In this document: positions 53,624 to 62,827 of the stretch, one piece after another
Position numbering within the stretch: the first letter of the stretch is position 1
Layout: the number at the start of each line of letters is the position of its first letter
Assembly (NCBI GenBank): GCA_963675525.2
Contig: CAXXSL010000013.1
Span: 64,001 to 128,000, forward strand
DNA from: Anaerohalosphaeraceae bacterium
GTDB lineage: Bacteria; Planctomycetota; Phycisphaerae; Sedimentisphaerales; Anaerohalosphaeraceae
DNA length: 64,000 nucleotides
Direction of reading: 5' to 3'
Translations under genes and position numbers: made by a program
Notes under the pieces: model-generated
The model's database searches: none
Told to the model about the DNA's origin: nothing
Seen by the model: only the letters and a program-made list of their open reading frames with translations

Positions 53624-54454
53624 TCAATGAAGAAAACTAAACCTGCGATTGTCTGGAATTTCTGCATATATTTGAGCCTCTTCTTTCCACACATTACCAA
53701 CGATCATCCTCTTTTCGTTTGAAACAAATATCACAAAATAGTCTATTTTCAATTGAAATTCTGAATGATATTGATGAGGTATTAAATCCTTCCAATCATC
53801 TTTTGGCAAAGCATGACTAAAGCTGACATCTTCCAGCAAAAGCGCTGTGGAAAATCCTTTTTCTTTGTACTTGACAAGCTTTGGTAATTTTTCTTCGACT
53901 GCTCTACGGAATCTATCTTGCCTTTCCCTATTTGCCTCTTTTGGTCGTGTTGACGTCATTCCAACTGTTCCATTTAATTCCTGACACGAGCCAACACACC
54001 ATAACGACACCTCATGTTTATCGTACAACCGTGAGCAGCTTTTATCAATAGTTAGAGATTTTGAAACTTCAGGAATCCAATCTTTCATTTCTTCGACAAA
54101 TTGTTCTCTAGTCTTTTTATTCAGTCCTACAATAAGAGATGGCGGAGCGATTAAACTAAAACAGTATTCATTTGGCAACCGGCCTTGGCATCTTTGTTTT
54201 AGTTCCTTTTCAATACCGCATAATTGATTTACATACACAAGCTGTTCTTTATGGGCTTCTACAATAGTATGTTCGACAGCAATTTTGGGGAGTTGCCCCT
54301 TTTTATCTTTTGGGACTAAAATGACTTCGATGTCTGGACTATTTCTATTTTCCTTTTCCGGCCATCTCTCTGGACAGTATTCTACACCCTTTATCCTCCG
54401 GAGAATTTCGACAAAAGCATCACAAGCATTTGTTTCATTTTCCTTCTTTTTCAA
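53624..54454 (-). CDS. AT-rich hypothetical protein, possible PD-(D/E)XK-fold nuclease
   Basis: 276-aa ORF; SPDIEV...IAVEHT motif; visibly lower GC than flanking core genes. Confidence 0.55.
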   Translation of the reverse strand: MKKKENETNACDAFVEILRRIKGVEYCPERWPEKENRNSPDIEVILVPKDKKGQLPKIAVEHTIVEAHKEQLVYVNQLCGIEKELKQRCQGRLPNEYCFSLIAPPSLIVGLNKKTREQFVEEMKDWIPEVSKSLTIDKSCSRLYDKHEVSLWCVGSCQELNGTVGMTSTRPKEANRERQDRFRRAVEEKLPKLVKYKEKGFSTALLLEDVSFSHALPKDDWKDLIPHQYHSEFQLKIDYFVIFVSNEKRMIVGNVWKEEAQIYAEIPDNRRFSFLH

Positions 54455-54631
54455 GCAAAACTCTCCATTTTCTCTTTACAAATTCTTTCCGTCTGTTCCT
54501 ATAATAATTTACCCCTTCCCACTAAGTATTGCAACTGCTCGTTGATTATTTCGTTAGAAGACAATGCACAGCCGCTATTTTAAAAATATCTGTGTAAATC
54601 GGCGTAATCTGTGGATAAAAACTTTTTTTGT

Positions 54632-54659
54632 TTGACATTCATCTAACTTTTGGTATAAT
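54632..54659 (+). promoter_or_regulatory. Near-consensus sigma70 promoter with no adjacent convincing CDS
   Basis: TTGACA-N16-TATAAT with TGn extension and a T-tract upstream. Confidence 0.75.
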
Positions 54660-54664
54660 ACTCC

Positions 54665-54790
54665 AAAGTTGAAAATACGATCTTTGACAATCAGAAGGAG
54701 CAAACAAAAGCGTGGAGCGGTAGCGACACGATTCGAGCGCGCAAAGTGTCAATTCACGGGGAATGTAACATTTCGACACACACCTTTTTC
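54665..54790 (+). ncRNA. Candidate structured non-coding RNA or leader (family unassigned)
   Basis: Follows the strong promoter; boxA-like GATCTTTGACAA; hairpins CGTG-GA-GC-GGTA-GC-GA-CACG and GTGTC...GACAC; T-run at the end. Confidence 0.35.
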
Positions 54791-54871
54791 GCAAACAAAC
54801 CCAAACAAAGCCAATTTTTCTCCGTGAACCTCTGTGCCCTCTGCCCGCCGTGCAGCGCCCGTCGCGGCAGG

Positions 54872-54972
54872 TGGCAAAAAAGGGCACAAAATGGCGCCGT
54901 TTCGGACAACTTTGGCGCATTAGTGGCACACTTTGGCGCCGTTTTGGGCGCACTTTGGCGCACCTTTGGACG
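54872..54972 (+). repeat. Degenerate ~10.5-bp periodic array (TTTGGCGCAC-like)
   Basis: nGG(C/A) cores at 54872, 54882, 54892, 54903, 54913, 54924, 54934, 54946, 54956, 54967, separated by A/T tracts. Confidence 0.7.
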
Positions 54973-55161
54973 ATGTTTGCACCATAAAAACACCAAAAAA
55001 CCGCATTTTTGACACCAAAAACACAGAAAAAGCAATTTTAATGCCGCCCAAACACAAGCTGGATTTGGCCGCCGGTTTTCGCTATACTATCGGGTCTATG
55101 CAGACACGGAAATCCGCATAAAAACAGATAGCCATAAATGAGAGTTAAGGAACAATAAAAA

Positions 55162-56099
55162 ATGCTGACAATTGTCACTCAATTGATAGGAACTGCTGCC
55201 GAGACGCAAACCGCTGACACGGATTGGTCGGACCTGTCCGGCGTACTCACCCGGATCGCCGTTCTGGCGACAGTCGTTCTCTCAACGCTTATCCTGGTAA
55301 AAATACTCAAGCATGTCATCCGGAAAAAACAGGAACATCGAAAACGGCCAATGGTCATCCTTAAGGTTTTACTCCCAATTCCTCTACGGAGTCATCTACT
55401 TTTTCGGTTTTCTGCTGTTTATTTACCTGATTCCCTCCGCTGCGAAGTCTGTCCCTGTCGCTGTTTGCCAGTTCCGGCGTATTGGCGATCGTGATCGGGT
55501 TCGCGGCACAAAATGCCTTTGCCAACATCATCAGCGGGTGCTTTATCACCATCTTCAAGCCGTTCCGGATCGGCGATAAAATTAAGTTTGTCGGCAAAGA
55601 TGTCTCCGGCACGGTCGAAGATATCACGATGCGGCATACCGTGGTGCGAACCTTTGAAAATAAACGCATCATTATTCCCAACTCGGTCGTCAGCGTCGAT
55701 ATCATTGAAAATGCCCATTTTGCTGAAGAAAAAATATGCCGGTTTCTTGAGATCGGCATCAGCTACGATTCGGATGTGGACAAAGCCATCGCGATCATGC
55801 GGGACGAAACAAAAAAACACCCGGACTTCTTTGATAACCGGACCGAAGAAGAAAAACAAAAGCAGGTTGATCCCGTCAAGGCGAAAGTGCTTGGGTTTGG
55901 CGATTTCTCCGTAACCCTGAGGGCGTGGGTCTGGGCCAAAGATAACGCGACGGGATTTGACATGGTCTGCGACCTGAACAAGAGCATCAAAGAACGCTTC
56001 GACCGCGAGGGTATCGAAATCCCCTTCCCGTACCGAACACTCGTATTCAAAGATAAAACAAAAGTATTAAACGAAACATCTGAACCGCTCCAAAATTAA
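55162..56099 (+). CDS. MscS-family mechanosensitive channel (two apparent +1 frameshifts near 55365 and 55433)
   Basis: Three frames join into ...VILK/FYSQFLYGVIYFFGFLLFIYLI/PPLRSLSLSLFASSGVLAIVIGFAAQNAFANIISG...KPFRIGD...IIPNS...GIEIPFP. Confidence 0.85.
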
Positions 56100-57508
56100 T
56101 GTCTAATAAAGATATCCGGAAAATCCATCTTAAAAGCTTTGGCTGCCAGATGAACAAGCTCGATTCATCGCTGGTGGCCGGCGCGCTGACCGAACAGGGA
56201 TTCGCCCTGACCGATAAAGCGACCGAAGCGGATGTCATCGTCATCAACACCTGTTCTGTACGCGAACATGCCGAGGCCCGCGTTTTTTCCAATCTGGGGC
56301 ACATCAAGCATCTGAAAAAGTCCCGCCCGGATATTCTCGTGGCGGTCATCGGCTGTATGGCCCAGCGGCTGGGGGCCGAGCTGCTGGCCCATGAAGTCGT
56401 GGACATCGTCGCCGGGCCAACCCAACTGCACGAAGTCCCGGCCCTGATCAACAAAGCCATGGCCGACCACCAAAAACACCTGTCCGTCACCGACAAAATC
56501 CGTCAGCCGATTGCCGCCGAAGAAAGCATCGAGGTAGGTCATAAGCTGGACGATTTTGAGATCGCCTACGATTCGGATGCCAATCACATCAAGTCACAGG
56601 CTTTTATCCGGGCCATGCGCGGCTGCAACAACTTCTGCACCTACTGTATCGTCCCATACGTCCGCGGGCCGGAAGTATCCCGTCCGCCAAAAGCCGTTGT
56701 CGAGCAGGCCAAAAAGCTCGCGGGCCAGGGCATTAAACAGATCACCCTGCTGGGCCAGACCGTCAATTCATATCACTACGCCGAGAACGGCAAAACATCC
56801 ACGCTGGCTGATTTGCTTCAGCAGGTCAGCGAGATCGACGATGTGCATTGGGTGCGTTTCATCACCAGCCATCCCGGCCGGTTCGATGAGTCCATCCTCC
56901 GCGTCATGGCGGACAATCCGAAAGTCGCCCCCTATCTGCACATCCCCGCCCAGAGCGGCTCCGACCGTATCCTGAAAGCCATGAATCGCGGCTACACCGC
57001 CGACGACTATATCGCGCTGATGGATAAAGCCCGTGCAATCGTGCCGGACATCGCCATCGCCGGCGATTTTATCGTCGGCTTTCCCGGCGAAACGGAAGAC
57101 GATTTTCAGGCAACCATCGATCTGGTACGCCGCGTGCGATACAAGAACGCCTTCGTCTTTAAATACTCCCCCCGTCCCGGCACGTATTCCGAAAAGAAAT
57201 TATCCGACACTGTCCCCGCCGAGGTCAAACAAGAGCGGAATGCAAAACTTCTGGAAGTCATCAGCGAGGTTGCCGACAAAGATAATCAGCGTTTTCTTGG
57301 CAAAACGCTTGAAGTTCTCGTCGAAGGCCCCAGCAAAAAGCCGCATCTGAACCAAGCCGAAAACGAAAACAACCCCCAACTCATCGGCCGCACCGCCGAT
57401 GACTATATCGTCGTCTTCAACGGTCCCGAATCCCTGACAGGCCAGTTCGTTAACGTGACTATCACCAAAACCGCCGCCCTGACATTATTCGCCGAGTTAG
57501 TCTCCTAA
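56099..57508 (+). CDS. miaB: tRNA-2-methylthio-N6-dimethylallyladenosine synthase
   Basis: SFGCQMNKLDS, NTCSVRE, GCNNFCTYCIVPYVRG, QSGSD, YSPRPGT, TRAM domain. Confidence 0.95.
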   Translation: MSNKDIRKIHLKSFGCQMNKLDSSLVAGALTEQGFALTDKATEADVIVINTCSVREHAEARVFSNLGHIKHLKKSRPDILVAVIGCMAQRLGAELLAHEVVDIVAGPTQLHEVPALINKAMADHQKHLSVTDKIRQPIAAEESIEVGHKLDDFEIAYDSDANHIKSQAFIRAMRGCNNFCTYCIVPYVRGPEVSRPPKAVVEQAKKLAGQGIKQITLLGQTVNSYHYAENGKTSTLADLLQQVSEIDDVHWVRFITSHPGRFDESILRVMADNPKVAPYLHIPAQSGSDRILKAMNRGYTADDYIALMDKARAIVPDIAIAGDFIVGFPGETEDDFQATIDLVRRVRYKNAFVFKYSPRPGTYSEKKLSDTVPAEVKQERNAKLLEVISEVADKDNQRFLGKTLEVLVEGPSKKPHLNQAENENNPQLIGRTADDYIVVFNGPESLTGQFVNVTITKTAALTLFAELVS

Positions 57509-57541
57509 TCGGCCTTTCTTAAGGCGGTTTGTCTTTTTTAT

Positions 57542-57568
57542 TTAAGAACAGCGCTGAACCGTCGATAA
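57542..57568 (+). promoter_or_regulatory. Possible sigma28-type promoter
   Basis: TTAAG-N14-GTCGATAA compared with the FliA consensus TAAAG-N14-GCCGATAA. Confidence 0.45.
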
Positions 57569-57608
57569 TGATAATTGACGGACTATTTCTAAGCACAGGA
57601 GACATGAA

Positions 57609-58502
57609 ATGCAGGTTGATGGTGTCAATTCCGGTCAAGTTGCGGCTGTACGGGCCATGAAAAACAGAAAAACTCACCAAAAAGTGAATGCCGTAAAAAC
57701 CAAAAAACCGAAAGTTGCTGAAAATAAAGGATCCGAAGGAAGAGCCAACGGCGTGATCAGCCTGCTGCAAGCCGGCCATTTCAAAGGCGTGGCCGATATT
57801 CGTTTGCGAATCAATTTTTACGATGAGATACAAGCCCTCGAATCTCAGAATCTCAAAGCAACGGCCTCAGACAGTTTCGAGGGATTTAATCAAGCCGTTC
57901 AGGAACAAATTACCGTTTTGAATGAATCCGGGTTGCTGAATGAGGACCAGACAGCCGCATTGGGTGCCTTTTTAGCAAATCTTCAAAATACTCAAACTGG
58001 TTTTCTGGATGGCGGGGACAACTCCGTACAATCCTTGATCGAACGTCTTGAAAACGACTTCAACTCACTTCTGGGTCTGCTGAACCCGCCTGCTCCGGCT
58101 ACAGAACAGGAATCTGAACCCCCTGCTGGTTTAGAAGAACAGATACCCGAAATCCTGATGGCTGAAAGTCCCGTGGAAATCCCCGTCGAAGCAGAATCTG
58201 TTACCGAAGAAATCGCCCCGGAAGCTGAACCGACAGAACCAAATCCACTGCAGCAGCTTGTCCAGAACTTTCAGGAAAGTGTTCAGGCGTTGATTGACAA
58301 CCTACAGTCCGATCTGGCAAACACCAGTGCCCTGCCTCCTGTTTCGGCTCCATCCGGCAATGGAAAGGCATACGCGAAATTCATTTCAATCTACGAAAGC
58401 ATGCTTCCGAGCCAAAATACCAAACCCGCCGAACAACTTGACATCATAGAGATCCCCGGTTCCAATGAAGTTGAGGTTGTCGCCGAAACGATTGAAGCAT
58501 AA
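57609..58502 (+). CDS. Hypothetical protein, basic N-terminus and acidic/Pro-rich helical body
   Basis: SD AGGAG; 297-aa ORF; GHFKGVADIRLRINF segment. Confidence 0.65.
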   Translation: MQVDGVNSGQVAAVRAMKNRKTHQKVNAVKTKKPKVAENKGSEGRANGVISLLQAGHFKGVADIRLRINFYDEIQALESQNLKATASDSFEGFNQAVQEQITVLNESGLLNEDQTAALGAFLANLQNTQTGFLDGGDNSVQSLIERLENDFNSLLGLLNPPAPATEQESEPPAGLEEQIPEILMAESPVEIPVEAESVTEEIAPEAEPTEPNPLQQLVQNFQESVQALIDNLQSDLANTSALPPVSAPSGNGKAYAKFISIYESMLPSQNTKPAEQLDIIEIPGSNEVEVVAETIEA

Positions 58503-58736
58503 ATCCTGATACCTTTTTACTGCTTTTTATGATCGGCCTTTTGAAGGCAAATCTTGTTAACCTTAGGGCTGTTTTCAGAAAATCCGGGGGCAAACCAGTT
58601 TTTCTTATTTTTTCTGTAACATTCTGCCGCACAACGCTTCTATATATATGAATAAGAAGAAAATGCCCAATTGTGGGGGCAAATTGCGGTGGAAGTGAGC
58701 AAACTGCTTTCAGGTGAGATTTTTTCTCATTACGTG

Positions 58737-58780
58737 AAGGCTCTGTCTGAAGACCAGACCAGACGGAGCCTTTCTTTTTT
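58737..58780 (+). terminator. Intrinsic terminator-like hairpin
   Basis: AAGGCTCTGTCTG/CAGACGGAGCCTT plus T-run. Confidence 0.65.
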
Positions 58781-58842
58781 GTCAAAAATGACGATTTATG
58801 ACATTTTCATCTCTAAAATCAGCAATCCTTCTGACTTTTATT

Positions 58843-59979
58843 TTAAAATTTCAGGTATTCTATGGCTTTATTGAGCAGTTTACCGGGTTTGGCGATGTCT
58901 TCGATGCGGCGGAGTTTTGAGATTTTTCTTTGTTTCAGGATGCGGTTGACGGTAACAAGGCCCAAGCCGGGAACGCGAAGGAGTTGGAATTTATCGGCTT
59001 TGTTGATGTCCATGGGAAACCGCTCGGGGTTCATGTCAGCCCAAATTTGTTTGGGGTCCTTGTCGAGGGACAGTCTGCCCTTTTCATCGAATAAAATCTC
59101 ATTGTCTTTGAATCCATATTTTCGCATGAGAAAATCGACCTGATACAACCGGTGTTCGCGCGTCAATATTTCCTGTGGATTTTGTAAAATCTGTTCGGCA
59201 GGCAGGTCGGCCGCCCCAAGACCCTGCTGATAGGCGCTGAAGTAGATACGGTTCAGGTGCAGACGGTCATACAACCCGCCCATGTAGTGGACGATTTTGT
59301 GGTCGCTCTCATCGGCGGCACCGACAATGAACTGGGTGGTTTGATGCACCCTTTCGTAGCGGTTTCCTCTTGCGGTCATCCGGCTGATGAGCTTCATCGG
59401 CTCGATGATATCCCGCAGATAGTCCTTTTTGTTCGACAATTTCATCAGATTATCCTCGCCCGGCGTTTCGATATTCAGCGATACGGATGAGGCCAGCGAA
59501 ACGGCTTCTTCAATGGCGGCGGTGCTGGAACCGGGAATCACTTTCAGGTGAATATAGCCTTTGAAGCGATGGCGATAGCGCAGGATACGGGCGATGGCGT
59601 TAATGCGTTCGGCGGTGTTGTCGGGCGTGCCGATAACGCCGGATGAAATAAAGATACCGAAGACCTTTTTCCGGTTGTAATAGTCCAGGAACAGTCGGAC
59701 CGTTTCTTCTGTTTGCAGACTGCACCGGCGGATGTCCCTGTTCTGACGGAGCGGGCAGTATTTACAATCGTTAGAGCAGACATTGCTCAGCAGAATCTTG
59801 AAGATACTGGCCCTGCCGCCGTTGGCTAAGGTGATGGGGTAAATCCATTTGCCGTCGGTACCGCGGCGACGGTGTTCGTCTTTGGTCGAACCGCAGGCGC
59901 AGGCCAGATCGTACTGGGCGTCGGCACTGAGGATTTTCAGTTTCTCAAGTGTATCTGGTTTGCGGATAATCGTGGTCAT
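58843..59979 (-). CDS. Putative DNA modification/repair radical SAM protein (TIGR03916-like) with HhH
   Basis: KLKILSADAQYDLAC, CSNDCKYC, YIHLKVIPG, REHRLYQVDFLMRKYGF, LLRVPGLG. Confidence 0.88.
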   Translation of the reverse strand: MTTIIRKPDTLEKLKILSADAQYDLACACGSTKDEHRRRGTDGKWIYPITLANGGRASIFKILLSNVCSNDCKYCPLRQNRDIRRCSLQTEETVRLFLDYYNRKKVFGIFISSGVIGTPDNTAERINAIARILRYRHRFKGYIHLKVIPGSSTAAIEEAVSLASSVSLNIETPGEDNLMKLSNKKDYLRDIIEPMKLISRMTARGNRYERVHQTTQFIVGAADESDHKIVHYMGGLYDRLHLNRIYFSAYQQGLGAADLPAEQILQNPQEILTREHRLYQVDFLMRKYGFKDNEILFDEKGRLSLDKDPKQIWADMNPERFPMDINKADKFQLLRVPGLGLVTVNRILKQRKISKLRRIEDIAKPGKLLNKAIEYLKF

Positions 59980-60132
59980 TTTTCCATCCTGCTGCAACAG
60001 CATCCATGCCTATTGCATTTATAATCACAGCGGGGAATATTTACAACGAAGCAAACAAATTTTTCTGGAAAAATTCCAAAAACCCGCCTACGATAAGTAA
60101 ACAGTAAACAATCGTTTCGTAAAGGAGGTAAA

Positions 60133-60558
60133 ATGAATCCGTTATTTTCTTTGTTACCCGCCGTCGTCGGTACCGTTGCCCGCGGGGTTGTGGACGGCCA
60201 ACAGGGACAAACCAAAACCGGCGCAAACGATTCCGTCGAAACAATCTCCGAATCCTACAGCGCCAAACACGCTGCCAAGCGTGCCGAACAGCAGGTTAAA
60301 ATCCTCGAAGCAAACCTGGCCAAGACCATGATGATCTGTGAAGCATTGTGGGAACTGCTGGCGGCAAAAACGAATCTGACCGAGCAGGATCTGTATCAAA
60401 AAATACTCGACGTCGATTTGCGGGACGGCGTTCAGGACAACAAAAACCAGCGAAAGGCGACCAAGTGCCCCAAATGCCAACGGACCGTTTCGGCACGGCA
60501 CGCGGCCTGCCTGTACTGCGGTGAGGTGGTGGACCAGTCTATCTTTACCCTGAGCTAA
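60133..60558 (+). CDS. Hypothetical protein with C-terminal zinc ribbon
   Basis: SD AAGGAGGT; EALWELL, DVDLRDG, CPKC...CLYCG. Confidence 0.8.
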   Translation: MNPLFSLLPAVVGTVARGVVDGQQGQTKTGANDSVETISESYSAKHAAKRAEQQVKILEANLAKTMMICEALWELLAAKTNLTEQDLYQKILDVDLRDGVQDNKNQRKATKCPKCQRTVSARHAACLYCGEVVDQSIFTLS

Positions 60559-60680
60559 TTCAAAAAAACCCTTTAAAATACGCTTTTTGAAATTATGTGT
60601 TGAATTTGCAGTTCTTGGGCGTGTACAATTAAACCCATAATGGAGTTCAAATAGTACTATACTTTTTTAGGGAGATTCTC

Positions 60681-61188
60681 ATGAAGACACGATGGACAGT
60701 TACAATGCTGTTGATTGCATGCCTGGCGGTCGTGACCGGCTGCAGCAAAAAGAAGAACCGACACCCACACCAACGGAAAGCGAAACTCAGGAAGCCACAG
60801 GCATGATGGACACCATGAAAGAGACTGTAACGGAAAAAGTTGACCAAGTCGCAGAAGCCGTCAAGGAATCGTTTACGATGGACATTGACCTGGACAAGAC
60901 CGTTGCCGACCTGAAAGCCGAAGCCGCCAAGATGGATGTCAAAAGCCTGACTGAGGTCGCATTGAAATATAAAGACACAATTCTCGAAAAGCAGGGTCAA
61001 CTGGACGGTTTGATTCAAAAACTGAAGGCGGTCCCGATGACGGAAAAACTGGGTGCCGACGCACAGGCGATGACCACCGAAATCAAAACATTAACAGATT
61101 GCTATCGCCCCTTTGCAAGAACGTTTTGGCGTGTATGTCGATGCGATCAAGGCCTAAAGGCGGTGATGTTAAGAATCTGACACTGTAA
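60681..61188 (+). CDS. Hypothetical lipoprotein (three apparent single-base frameshifts)
   Basis: SD GGAG; MKTRWTVTMLLIACLAVVTGC lipobox in one frame, helical body in another; C-terminus AIAPLQERFGVYVDAIK-KGGDVKNLTL recovered by removing two duplicated bases. Confidence 0.7.
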
Positions 61189-61209
61189 GAAGGCTTGATT
61201 GTTTGAGAG

Positions 61210-61245
61210 AAAAAAAGGTCCGACGCATGCCGCCGGACCTTTTTT
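61210..61245. terminator. Bidirectional intrinsic terminator
   Basis: AAAAAAAGGTCCG/CGGACCTTTTTT between convergent genes. Confidence 0.8.
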
Positions 61246-61274
61246 AATGACACATGGTATGGTTAAACAACCCG

Positions 61275-62213
61275 TCAGCTTTGTATCATATGCACATCGC
61301 GCTGCGGGAACGGGATGGTCAGGCCGTTTGCTTCAGAGCCACTTTAATCTTCTCAGTGACATCAAAATAAACGCCCCAGTAATCTTCCACTTTAACCCAG
61401 GGACGTACGACAAAATTCACACTGCTGTCACCCAGTTCCAAAACCGCCACGGTATAAGCCGGTTCGGGGAGAATGCGCTGGTCGGCCTTGAGAACATCTT
61501 CCATGACCTGACGGGCTTTCTTGAGGTCGTCCTCATAGGACACCCCAATGACCAAATCAACCCGGCGGGTGCCATTGACACTGTAGTTGATGATATTTGC
61601 CGCCGGTCACCTGGGCATTGGGAACAATCACTCTTTTATTATCCGGCGTGTTTAGAATGGTGTTGAAAATATGTACTTCCTTCACCACACCTGTTGCCCC
61701 GCCGGCCTCCACAAAATCACCAACCCTAAGTGGTTTGAAGATAATCAGCAAGACGCCCGAGGCAAAGTTGGACAGTGTTCCGCCCAATGCCAAACCAACC
61801 GCCAAACCGGCAGCACCGATAACTGCCACAAAAGAGGCTGTTGGGATTCCTATCGCACCTAACGCCGCAATAATCACGAAAACCAGTAGAACAGTGTAAA
61901 CCAAATTCTTCACAAATTTACTCAATGTTGCATCAATCTTGGCTTTGTCCATGGCCTTTTGAATCAGATTCGAAATAAGCCTTGCCACCCATCGGCCGAT
62001 GATAAATATGGCGGTGGCCGCAAGGATATTTAACAGAAACTCTACGCCGTTTTCGGCCAAATAGGCTTTCAAGCTGGCAGCCATGTCCGTTACCGACTGG
62101 GGCGATTGCTGCTGGGTTACCTGCTCGGAATTCTCAACCGAAGCCGCCTGTTCGGCGGCAAATGTATTGATTCCCAACATGAAAATAATTAAAAACATTC
62201 CTAACTTTTTCAT
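61275..62213 (-). CDS. mscS: Small-conductance mechanosensitive channel (frameshifts near 61597 and 61333)
   Basis: GAAGLAVGLAL, SNFASG, KPLRVGD, VPNAQV; continues in a shifted frame as NIINYSVNGTRRVDLVIGVSY...LGDSSVNF and again as EANGLTIPFPQRDVH. Confidence 0.88.
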
Positions 62214-62233
62214 TTCAATTTCCTTTCAAAATC

Positions 62234-62268
62234 AAAAAGGCCATGACCGATTCTTCGGTCACGGCCTT
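62234..62268 (-). terminator. Terminator-like hairpin between mscL and mscS
   Basis: AAGGCCGTGACCGA/TCGGTCATGGCCTT plus T-run on the minus strand. Confidence 0.65.
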
Positions 62269-62326
62269 GAATTGGTTCAATCATAACTATCCAGAACACT
62301 TGTTTGTGATTTATGATGTTCCTCAG

Positions 62327-62743
62327 CTATTTTGAACGAAGAACATCCCGGATTTCAGTCAGCAGTTTTTCTTCTGCGGATGGAGCAGGAGGTGCGGCCG
62401 GGGCGGCTTCTTCTTTCTTCTTCGCGGCATTCATGGCTTTTATGACCATAAAAATTGCAAAGGCAACAATCAGGAAATTAATGATCGTATTGATAAGCAT
62501 TCCATAGTTTATCGAAACCGCTGCAATCTCATTACCCGCCGCATCAACTGAAGCATCTTTGAGTATCAGTTTAAGTTCAGAAAAATCAACCCCACCTAAC
62601 ATCATCCCGATAGGCGGCATAATAATATCACTGACAAAGGAGGCCACGATCTTACCAAATGCCCCCCCTATGACAATTCCTACTGCCATGTCAATGACAT
62701 TGCCGCGCATTGCAAATGCTTTAAATTCGCTCAAGATCGACAT
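62327..62743 (-). CDS. mscL: Large-conductance mechanosensitive channel
   Basis: [35 protein letters not shown]. Confidence 0.97.
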   Translation of the reverse strand: MSILSEFKAFAMRGNVIDMAVGIVIGGAFGKIVASFVSDIIMPPIGMMLGGVDFSELKLILKDASVDAAGNEIAAVSINYGMLINTIINFLIVAFAIFMVIKAMNAAKKKEEAAPAAPPAPSAEEKLLTEIRDVLRSK

Positions 62744-62774
62744 ATATCACGCTTCCTTTCGAAAAAGATATTTT

Positions 62775-62809
62775 AAAAAAGGCTGCAAGCGTCGTCCGCC
62801 TGCAGCCTT
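62775..62809 (-). terminator. Intrinsic terminator after the DUF11 gene
   Basis: AAGGCTGCA/TGCAGCCTT plus T-run on the minus strand. Confidence 0.7.
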
Positions 62810-62827
62810 GAATTGCATTAAAAAACT

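Noticed and set aside
53570..54560. Integron attC-like ends (ACAGAAC..., ...GTTAGAA) around the AT-rich ORF
   Set aside because: The arms are not mutually complementary, the orientation does not fit a cassette, and no integrase is present
54660..54800. Start of an rRNA operon (strong promoter plus boxA)
   Set aside because: No 16S, 23S or tRNA sequence follows
54639..55121. Several overlapping 60-100 aa ORFs
   Set aside because: No SD-supported start or family motif; they derive from repeat DNA
60040..60070. LexA/SOS box upstream of the repair-type radical SAM gene
   Set aside because: Only a weak AAAC...TTTC resemblance; no convincing palindrome
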